Shown here piece after piece: positions 46,200 through 60,628 of a DNA stretch of 64,000 nt. The position numbers were made by a program, and so were the translations under genes. Origin of the DNA: Chrysomallon squamiferum (taxonomy: Eukaryota > Animalia > Mollusca); assembly GCA_012295275.1 (NCBI GenBank), contig CM022667.1, forward strand, positions 930,001 to 994,000, written 5' to 3'. The notes beneath the pieces are model-generated. The model ran no database searches, was not told the origin of the DNA, and worked only from the letters and a program-made list of their open reading frames with translations. Each line of letters starts with the position of its first letter. Position 1 is the stretch's first letter.

Positions 46200-46920
46200 A
46201 TTTTAATTCTTTCACTGACATGGGCAAGAGTACCTAGCATTAGTGAAGTGTCCTTAGTGAGAAAATGAAGCAAAACAATTCTTACAATAACTTAGTCTAG
46301 GTGAAAACTGTTTCCAGTTGCATTAACCCTAACACTGCCATGGGCAATAGTCCCTAGTACCAGTAGAGACAGAAATTCTTAACAGCAAAACCAAAATTTC
46401 TCAATCCTAAACTTTGTTAATCCTAACACCATCATAAGTAATCATTTGGGTCATTTGTGTCATAAAGAAAAATAAATTATTTTAATAACCTGATTTAAAC
46501 AGCAAATCCAAAAATGCTTACATGGGCAACTGTTTCCAGCATTATTACAGTAGCCCCCAGGAAATAAATTCTTACAATAATTTGGTTTAAATAGCATGAA
46601 AAGTTATTATTCCCAAAATATTAACCCTAACAATGTCAGGGCCAGTCATATGGGGCATCATAATCATATCCTTTAATAAAGAAATTCTTTAAACCAAATG
46701 AGAACTTTCATAAACCTAATCCCAAACCCACTTTCAAAGCCAGTCATACCCAGCACAACACAGAGTCTTCAGTAAAGAAATTCTCATAACAACTAGTCCT
46801 AATTAGCACACAATTCTATTAACCCTGACTCTGTCAAGGTACAGTGGGCTCAAAAAGGAAATTCAAACAGTAACTATCTACAACAAACAGAAAATTCCAT
46901 TAACCCTAACACTGTCAAAA
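46200..46920. repeat. Diverged ~100-bp tandem repeat, about 7 units
   Basis: Recurrent attaaccctaacactg(t/c)ca at ~46322, 46620, 46818, 46899 (variants at 46203, 46417, 46711), each followed by agaaattct(t). Confidence 0.75.
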
Positions 46921-48375
46921 TAGAGTGTCTTCAATCATAAACATTCTTCACAAGTTGTTCCACATATAGACAGACAAACACAGATACATACACACACATA
47001 TACACACATAGATACTCATACACACACACATTCACACACACATACACACACATCATATCCACACACATACACAAACACTCATCCACATAACACCCACCCA
47101 CCCACCCACACACAAACAAACACAAACACAAACACAAACACACACACAAACAAAAACTGTTCCCTATCTAAATTCCACTCGAAACCTCATCATCTTGGCC
47201 TCAGTTCTTCACACCACTAACACATGACTTGATCTATTTCCCAGCTGCAGTCATTACCATTTATCTCACTGCCTAATGGCCTAACTAGAAACCACACAAG
47301 CTGTGACCTGCCCTAAATTCAATGAAATGTCCGAAATATCATTTCTATTATTTCTCCACACACACACAAGAGCAAATTGAATCTATAATCCAGCTACTCC
47401 TAGCAAATTAGACGAAAAGAATTTTTTTTTCAATTATTCGTCCACTTCTGCACCAAAAGAGTGTTCATAGAAATATGTTAGTAATGTATTTTTTTTTTTT
47501 GAATTTGTATTTTTTGAGGATATTGGGTAGAGAGATTATACATCTGATCCAATTCAGTATTCTATTTCTATTTCAATAGTTACGATATTCATGAGGGTTT
47601 TAGTAATATATTTTATTCCCATTTCTTTCTGAATTACTGCAGAATAGGAGTCCTTCAATGACTTCATCCATTTAATTTCCAAGTTCTGAACATTACCCTA
47701 TTATATGAATTCATCAGTAACCTCATCCAGTTGGTTTTTTTTCCATTCCAAACACTGCAAGATGGGAATTCTGCTGTGACATGCTGGTTTATTTAGCACA
47801 TTTCCCATTCAGTATTAGGATACCTTCAATGATATCTCATCCAGTTTATTTCCACATAAAACCACATAAAAATATTTCTTGTAACAACTATCTTAATACG
47901 TTTCATTTTCTATTACATGCACTTCAGACGTTTTTCAGTAATGATCCATTTTATTTCCCATTCCAAATATTACAGCATACAGCGATGTTTGAAATTAACT
48001 GCCATAAAAGAACCCTAATTCTGAACCAGACTGTCACAGACTATAGCTTCCATACATGCCAATTTGGTAATTTGCCACATTCCAGCCATAATAAATACTC
48101 ACACTTATAACAGAAGCCTTATAACAAAAAAACATTGTGTATAAATTATAATAAGTGTATGCATATTAGTGCCTATCATGTACAGAATTATACTTGATGA
48201 GATCAGAGGCTGTGTAAATGTTAGGCATGCTTGAACAAATTCTTGGACATATTATATAAATTGCCATCACATGTTTGTCTGTTAGCTGTCAAGCTATAAA
48301 TCTTTTCAGTGTACAGAAAAGAACCTTGCTGTTAATTTTGTTGAAAAGACATTATACTGCAGACTGAATTTTTTA

Positions 48376-48435
<60 letters not shown>

Positions 48436-48579
48436 AAAGATAGACACACACACAGAGATATTAAAAATGTTTGTTGAAAAGACATTATACTGCAGACTGT
48501 GTGTGTGTGTGTTAAAAAAGATACACACACACACAGATATTAAAAAATTCAGTCTGCAGTATAATGTATATAATATATC

Positions 48580-48624
<45 letters not shown>

Positions 48625-49944
48625 AAAATACATATATAAATCTTGTTTTCTGCACAATGATTGCACAATAATTAATCAGTACTGAATGCATCATTAAAAC
48701 ATTTCCTTCTTGTTCTTCCTTCCTCTGTCATTTATTAACATCCCTAATTACTTCAAACTCAACATAATATTAACTATTCCCCATACACAAACATTTTTTT
48801 TTTTAAAATCCACCCAAAATCCCTAAAAAACAACAACAAAAAGAAATAAAAAAAAAACAACAAAAAAAAAAAAAAAAACAAGAACAATTACAGCTCCTAA
48901 ATAAAATAAAAATGTTAATAAAATTTATTGATTACTTTCCGGAAAGCTCAGCAATTAAATTGCAATCAGTTCTCACATCATTAGATTTTGATTTAAAACC
49001 CTTTGTTATTTGTCATTATTATTACCACCAATTAATCCATCTCTTTCTATAAAGAAAATTCATAATAATTGTCAGACATCATTAAACATGAACTAATCTA
49101 TTTCCATATATTTCAGGAAAAAATAAAATAAAATAAAATGTTTATGATTAAACAGATGATGCTATTTAAAATAGTCTATTGTACATCTGAAAATAAAAAG
49201 TTTAGGATTAAAGATTAAGGAAAGAATAATAAAATAATTTAAATGTGATGATCATTATAAAGATTATCAAATATTATTTTGTAATCACTTTTTCAGTTTT
49301 TTTTATTATTATAAAATTATATTAGTTGTGATTACATAATCAACACAGAATGTGATTTCATAATTATCTCAAATGTGACAATATTAATAATTAAATGTCA
49401 CTATATTATTATAATCAAAAGTGATTTTATAATAAACGTGATTAAATATTTATACCCAACTTTAATTTACTGTAATATTTTTTTTATCCTAATATCGAAT
49501 ATTTTAACAACTCATTTGTCTTATTGTTTCCAGTTTCAAAGGAGACTGTGTTATTTATATTTTCAGTTAACAAAAAACTCAAATCTTTTGAGATTACGTA
49601 AATGCAGTCAATACTGTGAACAATTTGTAGATAAAAAAAACAGGCTTGATTATGGCAGTCTGTAATTTTGTTAAAAGGATGTGAACACAATTAAGATTTA
49701 AGAAAAGATTAATTCTTTAGTCAAGTGTGACTATCTTAGATTTATCATATAATTATGTTATTGAGTTTATTATATAATTATCTTGGTGAGTTAGTAATAT
49801 TTTATCATATAATTAATTTAATTGCTTATCATATAATTTTATATTGATGAGTGAGTAACTGTAAGCAAGAGATGTATAATCTCATACAGAGATGAAATTT
49901 TACAAAGATGAAACAGATTTTTTTTCACTTTGCCAACAAAAGTA

Positions 49945-49985
49945 TTGTTCATTCCAACCAGTGCTCCATGATTGGTTTATGAAAT
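49945..49985 (+). mobile_element. Short SINE body remnant
   Basis: ttcattccaaccagtgctccatgattggtttat resembles the start of the 20760 copy. Confidence 0.4.
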
Positions 49986-50507
49986 ACTATGATATTATAT
50001 GCATCCTTATTTATTTATTTATTTATGTATTTATTGTTGTCTTTGGAAAGATGACTTTCAAAAATTCTTTGCTATTAATCAGTGAGTTACCAACAGGCTG
50101 CCATTACAGGTTTCTTTTATTGAATTATCACACAGACATTAAAATAAAATAATTTTTTTTAAAAATTAAATGAAAAACTGAAATGAATAATAATACTTTT
50201 TTTTTTTTTTTTTAAGTTTAAATTTAAAAATTATAAATTAAAAATTAAAATTAAAATAAATTAGTCAAAAAACAACAAAAAAAAGATAAATGAAGCATTT
50301 ATTGTTACCAAGAAACACTTGTTAAGTTAACTTTTCTCTCACTGGCAATGTGTTTTGAAATGCTATTATTGCCATGACACAATTTAATTAAAATTAAAAT
50401 TAAATTTAAAAAAACATCCCTTACAATCTAAATAACATGACACCAGTTACATTCATGAGCCTATTTTAGAGCTGTTGCTTCTGTTATTTTACTAGAATGT
50501 AATTCAG

Positions 50508-50544
<37 letters not shown>

Positions 50545-51714
50545 AAAAAAGAATAACAACAAAAAAAAATTTGAAGTTAAATTACTAGAACATTCTCCCA
50601 TTTCTACTGAGCTGGAACAAAAGTTTGAAGCCTTTTTCAATAGGTGGCATTTGAGCATATGATTTCATTTCACTCATGGCTGAAATATATGACATATATA
50701 TATATATATGTACTTGTTCTGAAATGTGAATGAAATGACACATACCTGCTTTAAATAAATCTGTTTTCAAATATCTAAATATTATCTTTGAATATCATTT
50801 AAAAAAAAAAGACCTATGAACTTTTGTTCCAACCCATTTTAAAGATGTTCAATGTGCATGCACCAAGCTATTATGCTTGAACCTTATGTAAAAACAGCAC
50901 AGCATATAAATTAACAGAACTACAACACTGATGTCTTTTACACAACAACAACATCATGATGGGAAACTGTTGTATCTCATTGAAGTACTTAACAACACAG
51001 AAATACCCCTTGTGTACTGAAAAACAAAAAAGTCTTAATAATGTCTAGTGCAGACTTTGCTATACTCAAGAGGATTTTGTTTTTGTTATGTGAAAGTTAA
51101 TTAACTAGAAGAGGTCTGTTTAATTAAATTGTCTCTACTACTGCAGTAACAACAACCCCAACATTTTTTTTAAAATAAAATAAAAATAAAAATAAAATAA
51201 AATAAAATAAAATAAAATAAAATATAAATGAAAATAAAATAAGATAAAAAAGGAAAAAAAAGGAAATAAATTAAAATTAAAATTAAAAAAAAAAAAAAAA
51301 ATTAAATAAACAAAATAAAATTTAAATATAAAGAGAAAATAAATTTAAAACGATTATGTGATTATGTAAAAACAAATGACAAACAAAATGCAACAGGCCA
51401 TAAAAGAATATTTTCTATTCTGAGAGTAAAAAAAAAAATTTTTAAAAAAATTATAAAAAATAAATAACTAAAATAAATTAAAAAAAAACACAAAAAAACC
51501 TAAAAAAATTAAAAACAAAATAAAAAAATAAAAATAAAAATAAAATAAATTAAAACAAATAAAATAGAACAAAATAAAATAACAACAGAAGATAAATTTA
51601 AAAAGATTATGTGAAAAAACCACCAAAATGCAGCAGTTTGTTGTATCTAAAAGCCAATATAATCATTGATGTGAAATGTTAAATTAAAATCACCTAAGTA
51701 ATAACTGATATATC

Positions 51715-52206
51715 TTTGAGCCAAATATGTTTACTCTATTTTCTTATAGCCAAATATCTTTACTCTGTTTTCTTATAGCTAAATATCTTTCTTCTTTCTT
51801 CTTTTAGCCAAATATTTTTTATCTAATTTCTCTCAGCCAAATATCTCACTATCTTCTTATTTGTAAATATCTTTAACCTATTTTCTTTTAACTAGATAAC
51901 TTAACTCTGTCTTCCTTTTAGCCAAATATCTCTGTTCTGTTGTAGCCAAATATCTTACTATTTTCTTATTTGTAAATATCTTTACCCTATTTTCTTTTAA
52001 CTAGATAACTTAACTCTTGTCTTCCTTTTAGCCAAATATCTTACTATTTTCTTATTTGTAAATATCTTTACCCTATTTTCTTTTAACTAGATAACTTAAC
52101 TCTTGTCTTCCTTTTAGCCAAATATCTCTGTTCTGTTGTAGCCAAAATATTTTTACTCTCATTTTCTTTTAGCCAAGTATTTTTACCCCATTTTTCTTTT
52201 AGCCAA
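51715..52206. repeat. Diverged ~30-bp minisatellite (AGCCAAATATCTTTACT...) with ~85-bp higher-order copies
   Basis: Repeated agccaaatatct; the block tgtaaatatctttaccctattttcttttaactagataacttaactct occurs three times. Confidence 0.9.
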
Positions 52207-52961
52207 TTCCATCTCGTGGTAATATTCTTACACCTTGACCTCTGATGTGCTGATAATTAAGGCATGTGACATAAAACTATTCAGACAATTGCATTTGCTG
52301 TGTAAACCAGCAACATGGACCATTACAGACCTCTTATCTCATTACACTGGCACATTCTGGCCTGTAAGAAACTAAATAAACATCCATTTTAATCAGAACC
52401 AAGCAGTCAGAGCTGAAACCAATCTGGGAGAGTGAACTCATTTAGGTTAATAATAATAATAATAAAGGAATGATTTTTGTATGCATAGGTGGTATATGGA
52501 TGACTGCATGGATGACTGCATGAACGGATGAATGGATGAATATATGGATGAATGGATAGGTCTGTGGAATGGTTATATATATATATATATATATATGAAT
52601 GTATGAAAATATTTCAATGCATTTTATAAATATATATATATATATATGTATATAAATTATGTGTATGTACTTATCTGTGTTTATGTATGTGTGTCTGTTT
52701 GAGTGTAAATATATATCCTTGTTAAAGGATGATATATATAGTTTGGATAATATGTATGAACACACACACATCTGAACTCAAACTCAAGAAGTATGTCATC
52801 AACGTCAAAATACCAATTCGACTAATGTGAAAAAACCACCACAACAACAACAACAACAACAACCAGCAGCAGTAATCACACCATCTAATTCCTACCATTA
52901 TCCTCCTTTTAACCATCGCCCTCATCACAATAATCATTATTTATTTTACAAGTGTCCTCAC

Positions 52962-53065
52962 CGTTAGAGCCTATCATACCCACAACAATGCAACAGATCA
53001 ATGTGTTTATTCCACACCACTTTGGAAAACAAAACAAAATGACTGAGAAGCAGATTTTCCTTCAT
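52962..53065 (-). CDS. Candidate N-terminal (signal peptide) exon of the Dpr/ZIG-8-like gene
   Basis: Strong donor AACG|gtgagg. The phase-1 frame reads RKICFSVILFCFPKWCGINTLICCIVVGMIGSN and would join to DQFEGR. The ATG at 53065 is one base out of frame; an alternative is the acceptor cttctcag| with exon start 53042. Confidence 0.45.
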
Positions 53066-54475
53066 CACCTGGCTGCAGTTCAGATTTACTGTTACACAAA
53101 GGATAGGTTAATTGTTTGTGTTTTCTCACCATTGTAAAATACCATCTCATATCACGTTGAAGTGCTTTTCCATTGTCCAGGGACTATCAGGTGCATTGTG
53201 AAGGGATCAGACCATCAAATTACAGGATTAGTAGTAACAAACACTTATATGACATTTGTGTGTCTGTCGCAGAGTGGCTAACAACAGCAGATAGTAACCC
53301 ATGTTCAGAGATAATTCTTCAATCATAACAGCAGCATTGTGCTGAAAAGTCAGCTAGCTTTTATGTGTATTAAATAGTTAAATAGTATTAGATATTAAAG
53401 ATTTATTTTTAAGATGGCAGTTTTTATTTTGTTTTGTTTTTTTGCTGTTTTGGTTTTTTTTTTATTTATATATATTATTTGCTTATTTTATTTTATTTTT
53501 TTGTTATTTATTTATTTATTTATTTATTATATTATTTTAATTTTTATTATTATTTTTTTATTATTTATTTATTTATTTATTATTATTATTTATATTATTT
53601 TAATTTTATTATTTATTATATTATTTTAATTTTTATTATTATTTTTTTATTATTTATTTATTTGTTTGTTTATTTATTTTTAAATTGATTTATTTATTTA
53701 TTATATTTTTTATTTATTATTATTTTTTTTTTTTGATAAGTTATCATTCCAGCTATAGGCACTGTGTTAACTAGATACATAACAAAACAGAAAAAAGAAC
53801 TGAAGAAAAAACTATTTTATTTTTGGTTATCTTCATAAACGAAATATTGCTTAATATTTCATTTGCGTCACTAACTAGAAAAAGTAAAGAATTTTTAAAA
53901 TTTTGGTTATTATATTTTTAATATTCTAACATTATTTAAATAAAAAAATTATATATAAAATCAGAAAATGGATAATATTTTTAGAATTATTTTTTATTTG
54001 CTAAAACATATTAATATAACATCTTTTTTGTTTGTTGTTATCAAACCATATTAACATCATTTTAATGTAGATAGAAAAAAGAACGAGATTTAAATGGTTT
54101 CAGATTCTAATAGAATGACACCTATATGACTTAAAATGGTTTGCCAATTACTCATTAAAAAAAAGGTTATGAATGCTGTTTAAAATAAAATAGAGAATGC
54201 TTTTAGCCAATCCATATCTAAAAGCACATATTTCATTTCCAACAGCTTCATATAAAAATATAAAATTAAAAAAAATTAACTAAATTCATGGAATTGAAGA
54301 AAATTTAAAGTTTTTAAAAAGTTAAACATTATATTTAGAAATAAAGTTCAGTAAGGAAGCAAGCTAAATTACTTCCAGAGTAATGACCCATCAATATTTT
54401 ACATTTAAATTTAATGAAAATATTATGTGCACAGATTCAGTTTTTTTTCATATAGTAGATTAATGATGCTTTAAA

Positions 54476-54562
<87 letters not shown>

Positions 54563-55031
54563 TTCAGTCTCCGTTTCTTTCTATCTATTTGCTTTCATTT
54601 CTCCTTTTCATGATCTCTCTCTATCTGCTACATTTCTCTTTCCATCTCTCTCTTCGAATGTTAATTTTTTTGGCATAACTTAAATTTAAAATTAAATCTT
54701 TCTCTTCTGAGCAATGTGCCAAAACTTCTGTAACATTCTTTTCTTTTTTTTATTCATCATTTTTATTTCTTCTTCAATTTTTTTAAATTAGCTACTTTAA
54801 AGTGAGCAAGTACAATGAAGCAATTTAACACCCAAAAGAAGAAGAAGAAGAAGAAGAAAAAAAATTGAATCCATTAAATAAAGATACTGTCATGGAAATC
54901 CATTTGGAGAATTTTAAAAAATATTTCATTGAGCAGAGAGACTTAATGTAGAACCAACTGCCAGTCAGATAAAAAAAAAAAAAATGAAAGGATGAAAGAA
55001 AAAAGATAAGAAGAGAAAAGAAAAAAAAAAA

Positions 55032-55170
55032 ATTATGAATAAAAAGATTTTATGTAAATTTAGTCCAGAATTTGCTTGTGAAGTTTTATATGGTAAAAGA
55101 AAGATTATGAATATGATTTTATGCAAATTTAGTTCAGTGTTTGTATGAGAAGTTTTGTATGGTAAAAGAA
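55032..55170. repeat. ~70-bp tandem duplication
   Basis: attatgaat...gattttatg.aaatttagt.cag..tttg..tg.gaagtttt.tatggtaaaagaa twice. Confidence 0.85.
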
Positions 55171-55562
55171 GAAAATCTTAAAAAGCTTTAACACAGCTGG
55201 TTAAAGAACTGGTCTTAGGTGTGATATATAGCGTGTTCAGTTTTCTTCTGTGTAATAACTGGCTTATTTCCAGTTCCAGAATTGTCTCATTACAAGTTTG
55301 TTAATTTTAAAGGAAAGTGATCTGCAACTTTATTATTGATGAGAAAATGCATTTAAAAAACAACAGAAAATAAAACTTTTGCTGCTAATAAAAGAGAAAC
55401 TCAATGAGTAACAGCAGGTTTCTTCTCTTTTTAAAAAAAATAATTTTAATCATACAAATAAATAATAGGCTTAATACCTATTAATATTAAAATATGTGAA
55501 TCCATTATTTTATATTTAGGAGAAAAATTTGAAAATTATATTAAACTAAGAAAAGGACATAA

Positions 55563-55605
<43 letters not shown>

Positions 55606-56744
55606 AATAAAATAAAATAAAATAAAATAAAATAAAATAAAATAAAATAAAATAAAAAGAAATATAGATCAATAAACAAAACAGCAACAAAAATAATAAA
55701 TAAAAATAAATAAATAAATAAATAAATGAAAATAAGTAAGTAACTAAATAAGAAATAAGAAAATAAATTAGCAAATAAATAAATAAAAACTTTTTTTTCC
55801 ATTTAATAAAATATTTCTGTTACATTATGACAACATATTGGAAATGGATTATTTCCACCTTAATGAACCATGTTTTGATTATTTTGAAATTGTTGATATA
55901 GTTCGTACTGGCAAATCTTTTAATAAAATCAAACATGGTGAAGATAACATCTATTACTTCTGAAAACTTGAAAAACACAGTCTCATTTATATTCTTTTTT
56001 CATTTTAACTTTTTAGAATATTTCAAATATATTTTGCTATTGATTAATGAATGCAATATATATTATATATATATATATATATATAAAAATGAAAATGTAG
56101 ATTTTGGTTTCTTATATTTTAAACATATTTTATAATAATGTCATTTATAAATGCTCTGAAGCAGAAATTTTTTAAAATTTCATCAATGCATTGCAACAGA
56201 AAATGTAATGACAAATAACTTTTTATCTTTCATTTCTTTTTTCTTCTTCTTCTTCTTCTTGTTATTTTATTATTTTTTTCTAGTTTTAAAATTGTATCTT
56301 TTATGAATCCATTGCAGAAGAAAATTGCATTCAGTTTTGACAATTAAAACATTTTGAATATACTGAGTCTTTTTTTCTTTTTTTAATGTAACAACCTCCT
56401 TTTATTATAATTTAATTTTTAATTTTCTTTAAAGTTTAATAAATTGGTAATTTTTTATAAATTATTTTTAATGATATTTTACAAATTATGAATATATATC
56501 TTTTATTGTTTAATTTTCAACATAAATCTTATTTAAATGTAATACACTACAACAGAAAAAAACTCAGTTTGTTACAAAAACATTTTGAACATAAATATCT
56601 TTCATGAATACCCTGAAACAGAAACAAGCACTAAAAAAAAAAAACTTTTGTTTTTATCAATTTTGTTTTTCTAAAATAAATTACAAATAACATCTTTTAT
56701 GAACACATACTGCAACAGAAACAAAAATTAAAAACAAATTCCAT

Positions 56745-56777
<33 letters not shown>

Positions 56778-58038
56778 CAACATTTCTTCATCTTAGCATC
56801 TCCCAGCTTTCTTTAATAGCAATCCCTTAATTACAACAAGCGGAGAAAATTCACAGAAACAAGATGCACATTAACGAGCAGAAAACAAGTAGTAACTGCT
56901 TTTGCCTTGCAATCTGATAATTGCTTTCTCATTGATTAATGTGAAAGAAACACGCAGAAGACTTCTTCTATTTATTTTTTTTTTTTTTTTCTTCTATCTC
57001 CAAGAAAACGTCCAGGATATAAAAAAAACAAATTATTAATTGATAATCTATGAAAAGAAACACTGAAAACCTTTGCACTCAGAGAAGAATGAACACAGAC
57101 CATGGCTTCCAACTCTTTGTGGATTTTTTTATTATTATTTTATTTTTTTGGCTTTGGACTGAATTGGTTGATTAATTTGTTGCAGATACAGATGAGCTTA
57201 TGATTTGATCATATCTGTCTGTCTGTCTGTCACTGCTGACATACTGTGACATACAGACATGATAATATGTAACACACTGGCAACAGTTTAGAAGCACAAG
57301 ATGATTTGCCAATAAAATATTAATTTTGCCTTCAGATTACATGATCAGTTCCATCAAACAAATCTACTTGTAGAAATGCTCTAGATTACATCATCAGTCT
57401 GATTTCCCAATCCAACCAATCAATTTGCCAAAGTGTTTTATAATTGTTGTTGTTAATTATTTATCGTTCATTATATGTTTATTATTATTGTTAGTATTAT
57501 TGTTATTGTTATTACTGCTGTTATTGTTGTTTCTGTTGTTATTGTTATTATTGTTATTGTTGTTACTGTTGTTATTGTTATTATTGTTAATGTTGTTACT
57601 GTTATTGTTTTTATTATTATCATTATAACTACTATTATTATTATTATTAACCAATCTTACTATTAACATTACTCTTATCGTGTCAAAAACATGTCAAAAA
57701 CTGTAGCATATACAAGATAAAGTCATTTACTTATTTTGAAGAATTAATGCCAATCTTCATAAAGGAAAAAAAAAAAACATAAAAAAAACAACAAAAAACA
57801 CAATAAAACAGTGATGCAATAATTCAGAATAATCTGAAACAGACACAACCAATAATTATAATGACTGTAAGTGTTACATCAGATTTCATGATTCGATTGT
57901 GTTCCGTAACTGTACTGCAAACGCTTCCAAATGAAAAGTGTTTATCTTGTACAAGAGAAATCACATCTAATGCAGACAAATATAAATGATTTTGGCTGCC
58001 AATAAGTAATTCTGCAACCATACAGTAAATTACATTTT

Positions 58039-58046
58039 TGACGTCA
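58039..58046. promoter_or_regulatory. Perfect CRE palindrome TGACGTCA
   Basis: Exact 8-mer in a locally CpG-containing unique stretch (57880-58200); function unproven. Confidence 0.25.
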
Positions 58047-59351
58047 TTTTCGGTTTTGGGCCTTGTCTGGAGAAAATGCTCCAGTGAAACAGAACGGCAA
58101 TTTTTAACGTCTGAAAAACAACTGAGCAGGGATTTTCAAATTAATGAAACAATATTAAATGTGAATCTTGTCTGGGGTTTAATGCGTCTGCCATATTGAT
58201 GTAAAAGGAAGGACGGTTGGATGAACATTATGGATGGATGTATGGATGAATGGATGGATGGATGGATGGATGGATTGATGGATGGAAATATTGATGGATG
58301 ATTGAGCTTATGGAGTGATAATAGATGAACTCATGTGTGGACAGACTCACGTACAGATAGATAATGGGTGATTGGTGAATAAATAGCTGGACAGTTTGAT
58401 GGACTGATGAATAAACGAATGGATGGATGGATGGAAGGATGGATGGATGAATGAAAAAGTGAATGAATGAATAGATGGAAGGATCAGTTGATTGATGAAT
58501 AAAAGTGTCTATAATTTCTGAGATTAACACAATACTGTAATGAAGGAAAGACAAATGGTTAAGGTTAAATGGCTGCTGGGAATAAGGTTAAATATATGAT
58601 GTAAGGATGCATGCTTAGATGGATATGTGCATGGTCAGACGAACAGTACAATGATGGACAACTGGAAGGGAGAAAGGATGCACAGACAGACGTAGAAACG
58701 TTTGATGGATGGATTAATGGACGCACAGAGAGAGAGAGATGGCTGATAAACTGATTGACAGAAAAATGGAGAGAAACAGATAGCTGGACGGATTGACAGA
58801 TGAACGAAAAGATGGATGAATGGCAGGATCAATGGACATTTAATTATCATTTATCACAGAAGGTGTCAGGGGGGGCAGGAAATCAGAAATGGAGGCCAGC
58901 AAAGTAACTGAATTATGTGTCCGTTTTAACATGATGTTCCGTTAATTGAATTCACGGAAAAAAAAGGAAATGGTGGTTTTTGTATAAAAAATAAAAATAA
59001 AATAAAAATAAAAATAAAGCACTCCATTATCACTGCATCATTATGATCATTATTACAAAAAATATAAATATTTTCTTAATGGCATCCAATATTTGTTTGT
59101 GTGTTGGATTTTTTTTGTTTTTTTTTGGCACCATCAACTGTCTTGAGTTCATACAGATAGCTGCGATAATTTGTAATTTAGCATTCTGAGACTAACAGGA
59201 GACCAATTAATTATCCATTTGTGCTCACTTGAGGATCAGAAGGATGTTCTGTGTGATTCTTTAAATTCAGAAATAAGTCCAAAAAAACAAAACAAATGAT
59301 AAATATTAAAGAAAGAGCCAGCCAATGTTTTATTTGTCTCATAGATAATTA

Positions 59352-59435
<84 letters not shown>

Positions 59436-60596
59436 TGCTTATTGAATGTGTTACCAACAGAAACCATGATTATATGGGTATCTGTTTACAAATTACATAT
59501 CGTGGCTGGTAATAACAACAGATTATTCCAAAATGTGTGCCATTCATTATTCTCGCTTTGTAATTAAATAGTTTGCACATCTATTGATGATGTTCAGTAT
59601 AAACAATTTCAACACTAATGTGAGCTATTGTTATAGAGTAATAGTTGATTCTGAACCGTGAAATGATCTTGTATGGTTATTAGAATTGAAAATTTAACAA
59701 CAGTGAAAAGAAACCAGTTATATTCACATAGTCTTTAATGCCCCACCACAGCAAGAAGTTATAGATATGTATGTGTTTATATTTGAATATCTGTATATTT
59801 GTCTGTATGTGTACAAAGTGTATATTGTATTTATTATGTATGTGTATGTATATGTATGTATATATATATATGTATATAAGTATATATGTATACATGTAAG
59901 TCTGTATTTATTATGCATGCTATAATGTACATTTACAAATGCATTCATGTATGTATGTATGTATGTATGTATGTATGTATGTATATATGTATGTATAGAT
60001 GAATTTTTTGTTCTTAACAATACTGATACTAATTGATTATTTAACACTGCAGGGATGATTTAAAATTTTGTAAGCCGTCTTTGAGATAACATAAGTGATT
60101 TATTACACACGTTACCATATATGATTTATTACATAAGTCAGGTATTTTCAAGTGCAGCTATTATAACCTGTCTGAGAACTGTCAATGCTACAGACATGGA
60201 TGTTCGTGTCAGGTATTTTAAACACTGGGTTTGAGGTAATTTTCATGTTAGAAATATTTTGCATGAGCTGTGATGGATTGGGAGGCAGGCTGAAATGCGG
60301 GATTCTGCACATTCATTTTCCCTTTGAAACGGAAGTCTCTGACGTAGAGTGTATGAAAGGATTTCTGGAAGAAAAGACTGATAAGAAATGGCTTGATGTT
60401 AATTATGTAGTGTAACCCACAGAACTGATAAAAATATGAATGTATATACATAAATACATAACACACATATATACATACACACACACTTACATACATACAT
60501 ACATACACATACATACATATATATATATACATACATATATACATACATACATATACACACATATATAACACACATATATACATATACATACATACA

Positions 60597-60628
<32 letters not shown>

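Noticed and set aside
60185-60415. 76-aa non-repetitive plus-strand ORF
   Set aside because: No recognisable motif or convincing splice partners.
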